Source: Octopus sinensis (taxonomy: Eukaryota). Taken from it: DNA of 64,000 nt. This document shows positions 24,346 through 36,837 of this stretch, in pieces. Made by a program: the position numbers and the translations under genes. Every line of letters starts with the position of its first letter. The first letter of the stretch is position 1. Under the pieces are notes generated by a model. That model saw nothing but the letters and a program-made list of their open reading frames with translations, did no database searches and was not told where the DNA came from. The stretch lies in the NCBI RefSeq assembly GCF_006345805.1, contig NC_042998.1:174034001-174098000 (forward strand). The letters run 5' to 3'.

Positions 24346-27062
24346 CCTTTCAATATAATAATAATAATGATGATAATGATAATAACTCATGACAAATCAG
24401 TCGCTGGGCATATTATTATTTTATAACACAGAACACGTATTACTTATGACACCTTTATCTAGCGCTTCAGCAAAGAGAAATCAATAGAATCAGCACCTAG
24501 ATTTAAAGTAATAAATACTGGGATCAATTTGTTTGACCAACTCCTTCAAAGCGGTTCTCCAGCATAACAATGCACAATTGCTGAAACAAGTAAAAGATGA
24601 AAGATAATATCTGAGAAATAACTCATGACTTTTGTACTTTCTCATTTCCTGGGGATCTTTTATACGTTGTTGTTACTTATATTATATTCAACATAACTTC
24701 AAAAAGAAACGATGGTTTCTCTCTTCAACAAACTTCCATTTTTGTTTTAATATTCCGATCTATTGAAACTCGTGACACCAGGAATAAAAATTTCTCAAAA
24801 CCCTGTCGCTTTCTTTGCCAAAATCTCAAGGAAATGAAGAAGATCATAAACCAACACCTTTCTCATCTTGAATATATTTACTTTTTAGACAATACAACTA
24901 CATTTAGCATGAGTAGGATCTATTGTAGTCTCGTCCCAGTGATCTTTTCATTGAGAAATTTAGTGAAAATAGTTTTGATAACTAACATCATCTAGGTTCA
25001 ACTGTATTAATAAGAGAGCGCCTAACCTAAGTTGGCTTGTACCTGTGAGCTTTACTCTTCGGCTATTGCTTCCGAAATTTCCTTTTACGCAGAATAAAGT
25101 AAAAATAAATCAAGAGGAACTTAATTCTAAGACTTCATTCATTGCAATTTCTGCTACTTTCTAATGAGCGAAATATCGGATAGTAAGTTTATAAACAGTT
25201 TATAGCAGAAGCAGACACCAGAGAGATTCATTTGAAAATTTACTTGCATTGTTATTTAGCGTAACTAAATTTGCGACATTGTATTAATAAGTTAGGGTAA
25301 TTTCCGCTGTGTTTCCCTTATGGTAATAGGAATCTCATACAAAAGTCATTAGTTCCTTGGAATGTAGCTGATCACAATGCAAAGGCAAACAAAAATCACT
25401 TAAAGATGTGCAAAGTCTCGGGAGCTATCGGTACCAATAGATTCATTTTAAATGTAATTCAGGTCCCATACCATAATTCAACATTTAATGAAATAATTAA
25501 AAGTAAGAATAACCCAGAAGGCGGTCAGTTTAATGCAGGCGTTATAACTGAATTGTTAAACATATTAGTTTAGAGAGCATTTCTAGCAGTAACAGCTGCA
25601 ACAACAGTCTCAAAATCTCATTTAAACGGTTTTATTACCATTATAATAACATGAAATGCAATTATAATACCAACGTCATAAGAGCGTGTACTGGAGGTTC
25701 TTCTCGCTATCAACAATATCTTAGCTTTGTTTATCTAATTAGATATATAAACTCAAGAAGTTATGTTGTGTTTTGGGGCGGTCATTACGCCAATAATAGT
25801 AAACACAGGTACTGAGGATTTTTTTTTAAAATAGGCAGGTCACTTTTTTAAATAGGTAGGTCATTGGGTCATGGACGAAGCCCATCCTTTAGTTAGAATA
25901 TTATATAGGAGAGCAAATTATTATATCTGTCTGTATGGAAATGGTAGAGGTGGTCAGTTGGGATATAGACAAAATATTATTAAAGAAGTTCTTGTTTCAA
26001 AAGTGTTTCTGTCATCTTCAGGATCGATGTAAAACTGAAGATAGTTGGTCAAAATTTGGTAAGATCAAAGAGGTTAGATAGAATTGAAACATTGGGTAAA
26101 ATGCAAAACAAGGTACAACAAGATCGAAACATGTTTCGGGCAACTTCTGTTTCAAATATTGTCAGAACTCTATGCATTTTCATAAGTAAATATGTTGACA
26201 TATTTTTCAATGTAAATGTCAGAGAGTATTTCTTTCCTTCTCAATTAATTACAAATGGTATTAACGAGTTTTTCAAATTGGAAATATAAAAAATTAAAAA
26301 AAGAACAATATTTTTTTACCCAAATATTATTAATATTTTTTATCATGTTTTCTCCTTTCTGAGTACTTTACTCCAATTTTCTCAATTCAATGTTCCCGTT
26401 TTAATTTTATTCATATTTTGATAATTCAGGATTTCTTCTATATTTTCATTGAACTTTATAAATTCTATCCATCCTTTTTCTATCTTTCGTTTTCATTTCT
26501 TTTTTATTCTAACCTATCTTTCTTCTTTGCTTTTTACACTCTATCCAGTTTAGTCAATATTTAATGATTCTGTGCGAACGTAGTCCGTGCGGAACGAGTC
26601 TTTCACAAGTCGTCTTCGGTTCTATTCATCATGAACAATTAAGCTAACGAAGTTACGGATGTCAGAAATGATGGTGGTGATGATGATGAAGAGGAGGGGT
26701 GAAGGGTTAGTAGTGTGGTGTTGGTTGTGGTACTGGTGTTGGTGGTGCTGCTGGTAACGACATAGATGATAGCTGTGTTCTTATTAGTTATTGCTATTGC
26801 TGCTTCTACTGCCGATACAGACATCTCTGTTAATGGTGATAATGAGGAAGTATAAGTCAAAAAGTACATTGATGTAATACAACAATAATGAAGTCATCGC
26901 CAACAGCCAGAAGATTACAGGATTGTGATTGGTAGTGGCAAATAGAAGTACACATACATATATATATATACATGCGAGCAAATATGCATGAACATAGACA
27001 AGGACAGAAATGCATGAGTGTATTTTCAAACACAAACCCATACTCACGCATATATGAATATC

Positions 27063-27146
<84 letters not shown>

Positions 27147-27164
27147 CAGGAGTTCATATGTATA

Positions 27165-28863
27165 GAAGAGCCTCAAGAAATGCAAGAGGGACATGGTACT
27201 ATATAGATCGGAGGTGACGGCCCTGAAAAATACAGATGGAATACCGGTCAACGAGAAGAGCGAGATGGAAAAAGTTTGTGAAGACTTCTACACCAAGCTC
27301 TTTAAGTCTACCAGAAATGTCCAGCCGTTACCACCACTTCAACAGGAAGAAAACGTGCCACCTATCCTTGTCAGTGAGGTTGAAAGAGCTATCGGCTCGA
27401 TGAAAAACGGAAAGGCTCCAGGGAAAGACGGTATAACATCGGAGGTGCTAAAGTCAGGCAGAGAGCAGCTCTGGAAAATCCTCGCTGAGCGATTTACGCA
27501 CTATCTAGACGAGGGAAGAATTCCCTCGCAGTGGAAAAAGTCAAATACCATCCTGCTGTATAAGAAGGGCGACAGAGAAGATCTAAAGAACTACCGACCC
27601 ATATGCCTGCTGTCTCACGTGTACAAGCTGTTCACGAAGATAATTCTGAACAGGTTGTCACGTCGTCTCGACGAACAACAACCGAGGCAACAAGCAGGCT
27701 TCCGGAAGAACTACAGCACAATTGACCACATATTTACTCTAACGCAACTGCTTGAGCGAGCAAATGAGTACAAGCTGCCTCTTTGCGTTGCGTTTATAGA
27801 TTATGAGAAGGCTTTCGATAGCGTCGAAACCAACGCAGTGCTGAACTCGCTGCAGAGGCAAGGAATCGAAGCGCAATATGTGCAGCTGCTCAGAGAGGCA
27901 AATTCCGGATGCACCACCGACATAGCTCTACTGTCATCACCCATACGAGTGCCGGTCGAGAAGGGAGTGAAGCAAGGAGATACAATCTCCCCAAAACTTT
28001 TCACTGCATGTCTCGAACAGATCATCAGAGGCATCGACTGGCAAGGTGGTGTCAACATTAATGGCGAGCTCCTCACTCACCTCCGCTTCGCTGACGACTT
28101 CGTACTCATCGCTGAAAACATGGATCAGCTTCAGACCATGCTGACGGAGCTCGACATCAAAAGTTCTGCAGTAGGTCTCAAGATGAACCGCATGAAAACA
28201 AAGTACATGCGCTCAGACAATGTACCAACGGGTCGAATGGTGATCGGCAGTGATGAAATAGAGGAGGTGAGGGAATATGTCTACCTAGGACAGGAAGTAA
28301 ATATGTGCCGGGATGTCAAAAAGGAGATCTCACGGAGAGTGAGGGCCGGATGGAAGGCTTTCAATGGCATAAGGGATGTGCTCAAGGGAAGGTTGGACAG
28401 GACCACCCGCGCCAACCTCATTAACAGTGCAGTTCTGCCTGCAATGTTATATGGTAGTGAAACATGGCCTACCACAAAGAGAGAAGAGCAAAGACTGGTA
28501 ACGGCTCAAAGAGCCATGGAAAGGTCAATGCTTGGTATCTCGTTGAGAGAGCACATAAGTAGCAAGATCATCAGAAAGAAGTCCGGCGTGAGACATGTCA
28601 TCACAGAGTATACACGCAGCAAGTATAGATGGGCTAGACACGTCGCCCGGCTCACCGATAATCGGTGGACGCACGCAGTTGTCGAGTGGTACCCGCGTGA
28701 GCGGAAAAGACCACCCGGAAGACTTCCACGACGGTGGAGTTACGATTTCAGGAGGACGATTGGGATCACGTGGATGAGAAAGGCGCGATCCAGAGAGGAG
28801 TGGACATCGTGCTGTGACCAGCGGTGTCAAATGGACGCCTGACGGACTGGTCGGTCAAGGTGA
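27165..28863 (+). mobile_element. RTE LINE copy inserted in a (TA)n tract
   Basis: GC-richer block bounded by (TA)n-type repeats on both sides; very short 3'UTR after the TGA at 28842. Confidence 0.9.
27193..28842 (+). CDS. reverse transcriptase of an RTE-clade LINE (5'-truncated, ORF uninterrupted for 549 aa)
   Basis: KAPGKDG, KKGDREDLKNYRPICLL, QAGFR, FIDYEKAFDSV, GVKQGDTISPKLF, HLRFADD, YVYLGQ, MLYGSETW, C-terminal RWARHVAR...RPPGRLPRRW; no endonuclease domain present. Confidence 0.95.
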   Translation: MVLYRSEVTALKNTDGIPVNEKSEMEKVCEDFYTKLFKSTRNVQPLPPLQQEENVPPILVSEVERAIGSMKNGKAPGKDGITSEVLKSGREQLWKILAERFTHYLDEGRIPSQWKKSNTILLYKKGDREDLKNYRPICLLSHVYKLFTKIILNRLSRRLDEQQPRQQAGFRKNYSTIDHIFTLTQLLERANEYKLPLCVAFIDYEKAFDSVETNAVLNSLQRQGIEAQYVQLLREANSGCTTDIALLSSPIRVPVEKGVKQGDTISPKLFTACLEQIIRGIDWQGGVNINGELLTHLRFADDFVLIAENMDQLQTMLTELDIKSSAVGLKMNRMKTKYMRSDNVPTGRMVIGSDEIEEVREYVYLGQEVNMCRDVKKEISRRVRAGWKAFNGIRDVLKGRLDRTTRANLINSAVLPAMLYGSETWPTTKREEQRLVTAQRAMERSMLGISLREHISSKIIRKKSGVRHVITEYTRSKYRWARHVARLTDNRWTHAVVEWYPRERKRPPGRLPRRWSYDFRRTIGITWMRKARSREEWTSCCDQRCQMDA

Positions 28864-28911
28864 TATATACATATACATATACATATATATATATTCAAAT
28901 ATATATATAAG

Positions 28912-29616
28912 GTGTATAAAATGATTTTATACACAGAGAGGAGACCTTTGACAGGACTCCTTACATGCTAGAAAGGGCAGTTAAAACCCAAACCACGAAA
29001 AAAAAAAAGAATTCATGAGGCATGCTGCTATAACACCAGACAGAACGAACAAAAATCAGTTAATCCCGAATTCGAGTTTCTCTATTATTGCCAAATAAAC
29101 TAGTTTGGAATTTCTAGATCGTCAGAGAGATTGCTAATTAATGATTAAATATGCAGTTGCAAATACGTATCGAAAACACGTGCGTAAGACAGCCATATCT
29201 TTATCCGTTATGGATTCGAACTTAATGCGCAAGCGTAAACATAGTCCAGCATTAAATAAATAAATCTAATATTTTGTTCTATATACCCTCAGAACTATAA
29301 ATATTTTTATCGTAAATATTAGGGAAATATATTGAAGGAACCTTTTACCAGTGGTTAGCATGCCTAAATAAAAGTCATAAAACCTAACATATTTTTAAAA
29401 ATATAAAGTGTATAAAATATTTTTATACACAGAGAGGAAACCTTTGACAGGATTCCTTACATGCTAGAACGGGTAGTTAAAACCTTACCCACGAAAAAAA
29501 GAATTTATGAGGCACGCTATTATAAAACCAGAATGAATAAAAAATGAATATGTTAATCTCGAACTCGAGTTTCTCTATTGAATGCCCAGTAAACTTATTT
29601 GGAATTGGTAGATCGT
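28912..29616. repeat. diverged ~210 bp direct repeat (28912-29122 and 29408-29616)
   Basis: gtgtataaaat..ttttatacacagagagga.acctttgacagga.tccttacatgctagaa...tcgagtttctctatt...tagatcgt occurs twice. Confidence 0.8.
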
Positions 29617-29630
29617 ATAATTTACGATAA

Positions 29631-29681
<51 letters not shown>

Positions 29682-30019
29682 TACATACATACATATATAT
29701 GTGTATGTGTATGTGTGTGTTATATTATATTATATTATACGGGGTGCATTCCAGAAGTTTTGAGAGGTTTTTAGGGGAGGCATTCATAACTGTCCGATAT
29801 TGCTTATAAAACAGAAAACGGATTGGATTATACCGAAACTAACACCAAATATTTAATACAAAGTCACTAAAATTAAATCTCTTCTCATTAATAACAATTT
29901 ATACATACGTATATAAACCTTCGAATCCGTTCACAATTTATCAATTAAAGCAAGTGAAATATAATGACCAGAGATATTCACAAGATTAAATGTGGACAAC
30001 AAAGTTTCTCTTCGAGAAT

Positions 30020-31898
30020 ATGGAGTTTAAGGTTGAAGAATTTATTGAATTTCCCAGTGTGGAGCAATTAAGGATTTTTTAAAAATCAGAATTGTTGCTA
30101 TTGGCCAAACATTACTATATGGGTGAAGTTAAGTCAACTATGAAAAAGAGAGAGATTTTCAAAGTGGTTTTGGAACATTTGGTTGATGAAGAAATTTTCG
30201 AAGATTCGGCTTTGTCCTTGTTGAAAACAGAGAAAACAGAAGAGTTTGAGTTGAGGAAATTGGAATTAGAATTTCAAAAAGCAATAAAGGAAATGGAAAT
30301 TCAAAAATAATTAAAATTGAAAGAAATGGAGTTACAGAGTAGAAAGTTGGACACTCCTCGTGATCAGAAAGATTTTGATGTAGCTAAAAATATTAAACTT
30401 GTGCCTCCATTTAGTGAAAAGGATGATAAATTTTTCCTTCATTTTTGAAGAGGTGGCAATAAATTCGAGATGGCCTCTGGAGTATTGCACAATGTTAAAA
30501 CAAAGTGTTTTAAAAGGCAGGGCTCAGGAAGTCTATTCAAATTTATCGAACGAAGCAAGTTTGAGTTATGAGGTGGTGAAACAGGATATTCTAAAAGCTT
30601 ATGAACTGGTCCCTGAAGCATATAGACAAATTTAGACAGTCCAAGAAAAGAAGTGCGGATACTTATGTAGAATTTGCTAGAAAGAAGGAAAATTTGTTTG
30701 ATAGGTGGTGTGTGTCAAAAGAAGTTGGGGAAGATTTTCACTAATTGAGGCACCTTATATTATTAGAGGAGTTCAAACAATGTGTTCAATGTTGATGTTA
30801 AGACTTATTTCGAAGAGCAGAGAGTAGAACAGTTACAAGAGGCAGCTAGTTTAGCAGATGATTACTCTATTACTCACAAGCGTGAGTTCAAGCTGTATCG
30901 TTATTATCATCCGGATAATTTCGAGTTAGGCCAGACAAGTAAGTCAATTTATTCAGCTCGGTCAGGTTCGAATCCTAACAAGTCTAGTGGTTCAGAGTTA
31001 AGAAAGTCAATCAGTCCATTTGTTTCTAATTTTCCTTCAACAATTATTTGTAGATATTGTAGAAAGGCCGGCCATCTGATTTCAGAGTGTAAAAAGCTTA
31101 AGTTAAAAAATCAGTCACAAACCTTACCTTACTCCACGCTTTTGTGAATGTCAAGTCTCAGCCTACTTCCGACATTATTAACACTGAGGAGCAGTTTGTT
31201 TCAAGAGTTCAGTCACCAAAGCCTGCCGTTTTTGTTGAGGAGGGGTAATTGCCTTTTATTTCAAAAGGGTTTGTCTCACTTGAGGGTGATAAATCCACAT
31301 TACGAACCATTACTATTTTGAGGGACACAGGCGCACTCCAGTCTCTATTGTTAGAAGGTACTCCTCCTGTCTCGGAAGTGTTTTCTGCTAACTTTGATGT
31401 ATTATTAGAGGGTATTAGTGGAATTTCAGGTGCACCTCTTCATTTTGTTGATTTGCAGTCAGATTTTGTGTCTGGTTTGGTGAAAGTTGGTGTTAAGAAA
31501 ACTCTCCTAGTTTCAGGTGTAGACTTGCTTATTGGAAATGATTTAACAGGGTCCAAGGTTTTGTCTGATCCTCATGTTAGCATTGGGCCAAGCACTTCTG
31601 AGAGCACTGAATCCCTTCAGGAAATTATTCCTGGTGTTTTTCCCTCATGTGCTGTGACTCGTTCTATGGGTAACTCGAACTCGCAAGAGATTTCCAAAAA
31701 CATCTCGAAAGAGATTCCAGATATTTTCAGATAATAATTTCATATAACGACACCTTGAATGCCCCGGCCACTTTTCAACGCATCATGAATAACATCACTT
31801 CAGGGCTTCAGGGCATCGAAACCTATATTGATGACGTCATGGACCATTCTACTCAGTGGGGTGAACATTTAAAGAGGATGCGTACCCTCTTCGACAAA
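30020..31898 (+). mobile_element. Gypsy/Ty3 LTR-retrotransposon relic (Gmr1-like gag, CCHC knuckle, aspartic protease, RT fragment)
   Basis: LVPPFSEKD, QSVLKGRAQEVY, ILKAYELVPEAYRQ, CRYCRKAGHLISEC, ILRDTGALQS, DLLIGNDL, CAVTRS, NAPATFQRIM...YIDD; multiple stops and frameshifts; no LTRs found. Confidence 0.9.
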
Positions 31899-32268
31899 CG
31901 TACACATAAAATGTTGGCAAAAGCCAACAGTAATGCAGATTCCTTCATAAATTATGAAGAATTTGCAACTTTGATGGCTGGTGAGGATGCTCTACATTCC
32001 CGAGATAAAGTGAAAGTGGTGTTGTGGAAGCAGCCATTGTAAGCATTGTTCCTATCCGGAAACAAAAGGATTTACTTGCGAACAACTCTTGCTGCCCGCC
32101 ACCAGTTTTTATGTTTCTTGTCAACCTGGCTGTGATTGGTGTATTTGTTTATTACGTATTTGAGCTGAAAAAAAATATATTAAAGTTACATGGAGTACAG
32201 GTGTCCCTATTTGCAGTCCTTTGATATATAGTCCTTATGATGGAAAAGAATCATGGCGTTTTATTATT
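31899..32268 (+). pseudogene. intronless fragment of an EF-hand-containing rhomboid-related intramembrane protease (RHBDL-type)
   Basis: Three frames joined by two frameshifts: KANSNADSFINYEEFATLM (EF-hand), SCCPPPVFMFLVNLAVIGVFVYY (TM1), TGVPICSPLIYSPYDGKESWRFI (L1 loop WR motif). Confidence 0.8.
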
Positions 32269-33075
32269 AGCAGAGAAGGACAGTGCTCGTCAACTTTTAT
32301 AGAGCTTACGGTAGTAGAAAACGAGAGTAAAACGTCTCAGAGAATATCTTAATAAAGCACCTTAGAGTCAGGTAATGGTGGTAAATCAAGCAGCAGATTA
32401 AATATTTAAGTTAGAAAACCAATATATACGGCTAGTATTTGCAGTACTAGCACAAAGTCAAACATTGTGGTGTAAGAGAACCATCGATTAACTAGATCGT
32501 AAAATCTCTAATACTGATGATAAACAATTCTAAGTGATAATGTATCATGGAAAAGAAAATACAATCAACGTGCTCCTGAATTTTAAAGAGAATCACATTA
32601 AATACGCAGAACTGAAAGGGACACAGTATGCACGGAATAGAAACACTATAGATATGTACAACTTGTAACCAAGCTTGACTTTCTGAGTCGATTCTCATTA
32701 ACTACACAGATACATGAAGCAGCAAGGTAATAATATATGTATTTATCATCTGCAAGAACATCTGTCTGCTAAGCGTGTAATAAATGTTTTTCTATTAGTG
32801 ATCTCAGGAGATATGTCTGTAAACCATGCCAAATGTCATGATTCTGCATTGCATTTAGCTTAGAAAAGGCATTTATGCGACACTTGTGCAAAAGCTGGGC
32901 TTAAAAACAAGGCGGCATTTTTACGAGCAACGTTTTTACTCATTATCGAAACATCATATATGGGAGAGGGGGATTATATATATATATATATATTATGCAC
33001 AAATGTATATATATATTTACACATATATATATGCATAAATATAAATACACACATGCACACACAGACACATAATTG

Positions 33076-33117
<42 letters not shown>

Positions 33118-33165
33118 TTAACAGAATGAGATAAAAATCCAAGGCTGTAAAATATTTCAGAACAT

Positions 33166-35880
33166 AATCATTGTTGGTCTTTACAGGCCTCCCCAAGCAC
33201 CTCTAAAGTGCTTTGAAGAGTGCCTTAGCAAAGTCAAGTCCTTCCTTCGGAAGTACAACTCCGGAAACATACTAGTGATGGGTGATTTTAACCTCCCTCA
33301 TGTGAACTGACCCACAAATACTATGAAGTTAGGCAAATGCTCTACATCAGATAGAGCAGCAGCAGAACTGCTCTTTAATCTAATGAATGAATACTTCCTG
33401 ACTCAGCTAGTGCTTGAACAAACGAGACAGAATAAAACGATCTGGTATTGACCAATCACTCTAGCTTCGTTCACAGTATTTCAGTTGAAAACAACTCTCC
33501 TCACAGACCACGACATGGTACTCTGCAATTTTAATTCCCGACATATAAAAACCAAACCAGCCAATCCCACTCCATGGCACTCATTTGACAACATAAACTT
33601 CCACAAAGCGGACTGGGGAGCAATCAGAAAGGATCTGTCTTTCATCGACTGGTCTTTTACTCTCAATTCCAGCCATATTGAGACAGCATGGCAGCACTTT
33701 GAAAACATTGTCACCTATACATGCTCTAAACACGCTCCCACGAAATCTACAAACACAAACAGAAACTGGCTCCCTAAAAAGAAAAAAAACACTCATCAGG
33801 CGCATCAAAAGACTCAACAAAAAAATCAACCAATTAAAATATTCCCACATACAACAACCACATTCAACAATAATGAAAAGGCTAGAGCTGGAAAAACTCC
33901 ATCTGCAGAACGACATGAAAACCTCCATTGAAAATCAAAGAGCTGTGGAGGAACAGTGGGTAATCAAAAACATCAAACAAAACCCAAAAGTGTTCTATTC
34001 TTATGCAAATAAGCATAGAACTACTGTCTCACCCATTGGACCATTGATTGATGATAACGGCATTCCCCAAAACGATACTAAAGAAATGGCAGAAATACTG
34101 CAGAAACAATACTGCTCTGTCTTTAGTGTTCCCACTGATATTGACGTAAGAGAAGCGAACGAAGTTGACTCTCAACATAAAATCTCAGACATAACCTTCA
34201 CTGCCACTGACATCATAGCAGCAATAAATGAGGTCAAATACTACTCTGCTGTAGGCCCTGATAGATTCCCCGCTAGTCTCCTGAAGGAATGTAAACACCA
34301 ACTTGCAGTCCCTCTGACCAACCTCTGGAGAAATTCGTTAGACGCAGGTTATATACCGAAACAGTTTCTATCCCAGTCAGCCATCCCGGTTTTCAAACAG
34401 GGAAACAGATCCCTCGCACTCAACTATCGCCCAATCACACTCACCTCCCACATCATCAAAGTGTTTGAAAGAGTGTTAAGATCAAGGATAGCTGACTTCC
34501 TGGAGCCCCACAAACTCCTAAATGCGAATCAGCATGGCTTTCGCTGTGGCAGGGACTGTCTAACACAGCTCTTACACCACATTGAAGATGTACTCAAAGC
34601 CTTGGGAACAGGTTCGAAATCTGATGTCATATACCTTGACTTCAGTAAAGCGTTCGACAGGGTAGACCATAATATCCTACTCTCAAAATTGGCAAATGTT
34701 GGAATCCGTGGAAAAGTTCTACACTGGATCAAGTATTTCCTGGCGAATAGAACACAACATGTTGTAGTTGATGGAGTCCACTCAAGCCCAGCAAAAGTCA
34801 CCAGCGGTGTCCCCCAGGGGACTGTCTTGGGTCCGATACTCTTCATAATCTACATAAACGACCTTTCCAGTGTCGTACATTACTGAAAAGTGAAAATATT
34901 TGCTGATGACACTAAGCTCCAGCAAATCGTCAATGAAGAAGCAGACCGAACTCAACTCCAGTCTGATCTATATGCTGTGAGTCAATGGGCAGACAGAAAC
35001 AAAATACAACTGAATGAGGGAAAATTTGAGCTGATGTATGTTGGAAGAAATTCCTCACTAAAACAGCCATACTCTCTTCCTTCAGGGGAACCGCTCACAG
35101 CCTCTAACAATATTAGAGACCTGGGTGTAATTGTTGATGACGATCTCAGTGGAGTGCACACCTCAACAAGAAGGTCGATATAGCTCGTAGGATGAGTTCC
35201 TGGATCTTAAGAACTTTCCGGTCCAGAGAACAAGGTGTCATCATACCACTTTTCTCCTCCTTTGTACGGCCACACCTCTAATACTGCTGCCGACTGTGGT
35301 CTCCCCATACAAGACAAAACATCCCGTGGATTGAATCACCCCAGAGAGCACTCACTAAACGAATTGAAGGCATAGCTGCTCTCGATTATTGGGATCGCCT
35401 TAAAGTCTCGAAACTCTACTCTCTCTAGCGTCGCCGTGAGCGGTACATCATTTGTACGATGTGGAGAATATACCGCCAACTTTGCCCAAACGACCTGAAC
35501 ATTAGCTTCAAGGTTCATCCAAGACTGGGACCACGGGCCATACGTCCCCTGCCCAAATCAAGATCACGGCATACATGTACACTACAACATAATTTCTTTT
35601 CCTCAACAGGCCCTGCCTTATTTAACATTGTCCCGAAAGAGATCAAAGAGGAACAGGATCTCATCAACTTTAAACGGAGTCTGGATAGATTCCTTCAAGG
35701 AATACCAGATAAGCCACCCATAATTGGATACAACTCACTCAACAAAAACTCACTACGTGAATGGACCATAAACAAGACTTGACTTAAACAGGATTCAAAT
35801 AATCCTATCACGTGGTGCTATTAAGTTAGACATGGCCTGGACCAATCATTGGTCGAAAGATATCTAAGTTTATCTAAGTT
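33166..35880 (+). mobile_element. CR1/L2-group LINE ORF2 (APE endonuclease plus RT), 5'-truncated, degenerate
   Basis: GLYRPP, VMGDFNLP, TDHDMV (APE); NYRPITLTS, NQHGFR, YLDFSKAFDRV, SGVPQGTVLGP, IFADDTKL; 3' tandem atctaagttt repeat. Confidence 0.92.
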
Positions 35881-35890
35881 ATATAAATAG

Positions 35891-35938
35891 GTCTTACAGT
35901 TGTTTCCGGGATATTTTATATATCCCTTCATCGGAGAC
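35891..35938 (-). ncRNA. type-I hammerhead-like motif, left arm of the fold-back
   Basis: Minus strand gtct-CCGATGA-a-gggatat/ataaa/atatccc-g-GAAA-CAACTG-TA-agac. Confidence 0.65.
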
Positions 35939-36210
35939 AGTGTGAGAGAATGGTTAAGCAATAGTTATTCTAAAGAAGATATGAAATAGAGAGTGAAGTG
36001 GAGGAATGCAAATAGACGTGAGATATACAGGGATATCGTATCTGTATTTCCATTATTTAGGCAGAATAGTATATATATACCATTCTACCAAAATAACGGA
36101 ACTATAGATACAATATACCTGCATATCTCACGTCTATTTTCATTCCCCCACTTCATGCTTTATTTCATATCTTATCTAGATTAACTATTGCTTAACCATT
36201 CTCTCACACC

Positions 36211-36258
36211 GTCTCCGATGAAGGGATATATAAAATATCCCGGAAACAGCTGTAAAAC
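36211..36258 (+). ncRNA. type-I hammerhead-like motif, right arm of the fold-back
   Basis: gtct-CCGATGA-a-gggatat/ataaa/atatccc-g-GAAA-CAGCTG-TA-aaac; palindromic stem III CAGCTG. Confidence 0.65.
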
Positions 36259-36778
36259 CTTCTCTTTATAAATGTTCTCAAATCTTACACAGCCTTGGAT
36301 TTTTATCTCATTCTGTTATTTTTTTATATATATACACACGCTGATATATAACCTACGTTGGACTCCTCATTCGCATAATCACTGAACCATGAGCTTAACT
36401 ATAGTCTGTCCATAGCACTTACTCAGCATTACCTGACACCTTTGGGTCTTGTTGACACCGTTACCTCTCATAACCTATATATATATATATATACTACTTC
36501 TACTACTACTACTGTGACCTATAGCTTCTGACTCAAAGGGATGTCACTTCTAGTCATTTTTGAACAAGACAAAACTACTTCAACCGCTGAGTGGAATTTT
36601 GATGGCACACCTATTTGGACTCTCAGAACTCATGCCTATTAGTTTTATTCTTCCTCCTCATATCCTATATATGTATATATGTATATATATATATATAATA
36701 TATATATATATATTATATAATATATATATATATATGTATATGTATATATATATGTGTGTATATGTATATATGTATATA

Positions 36779-36837
<59 letters not shown>

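Larger units (their letters stand above)
33110..36330. mobile_element. non-coding fold-back element (arms 33110-33165 plus 35881-36070, and 36080-36330), split by the CR1 LINE
   Basis: 35881-36070 is the reverse complement of 36080-36270; the remaining right-arm end (cagccttggatttttatctcattctgtta) pairs with 33119-33147 on the far side of the LINE. Confidence 0.85.

Noticed and set aside
29737-29762. Mariner-like TIR start (TAcggggtgcattccagaagtt)
   Set aside because: No partner TIR or transposase remnant found.
29950-32700. LTRs and PBS for the Gypsy relic
   Set aside because: No direct repeats or primer-binding site recognised on either side.
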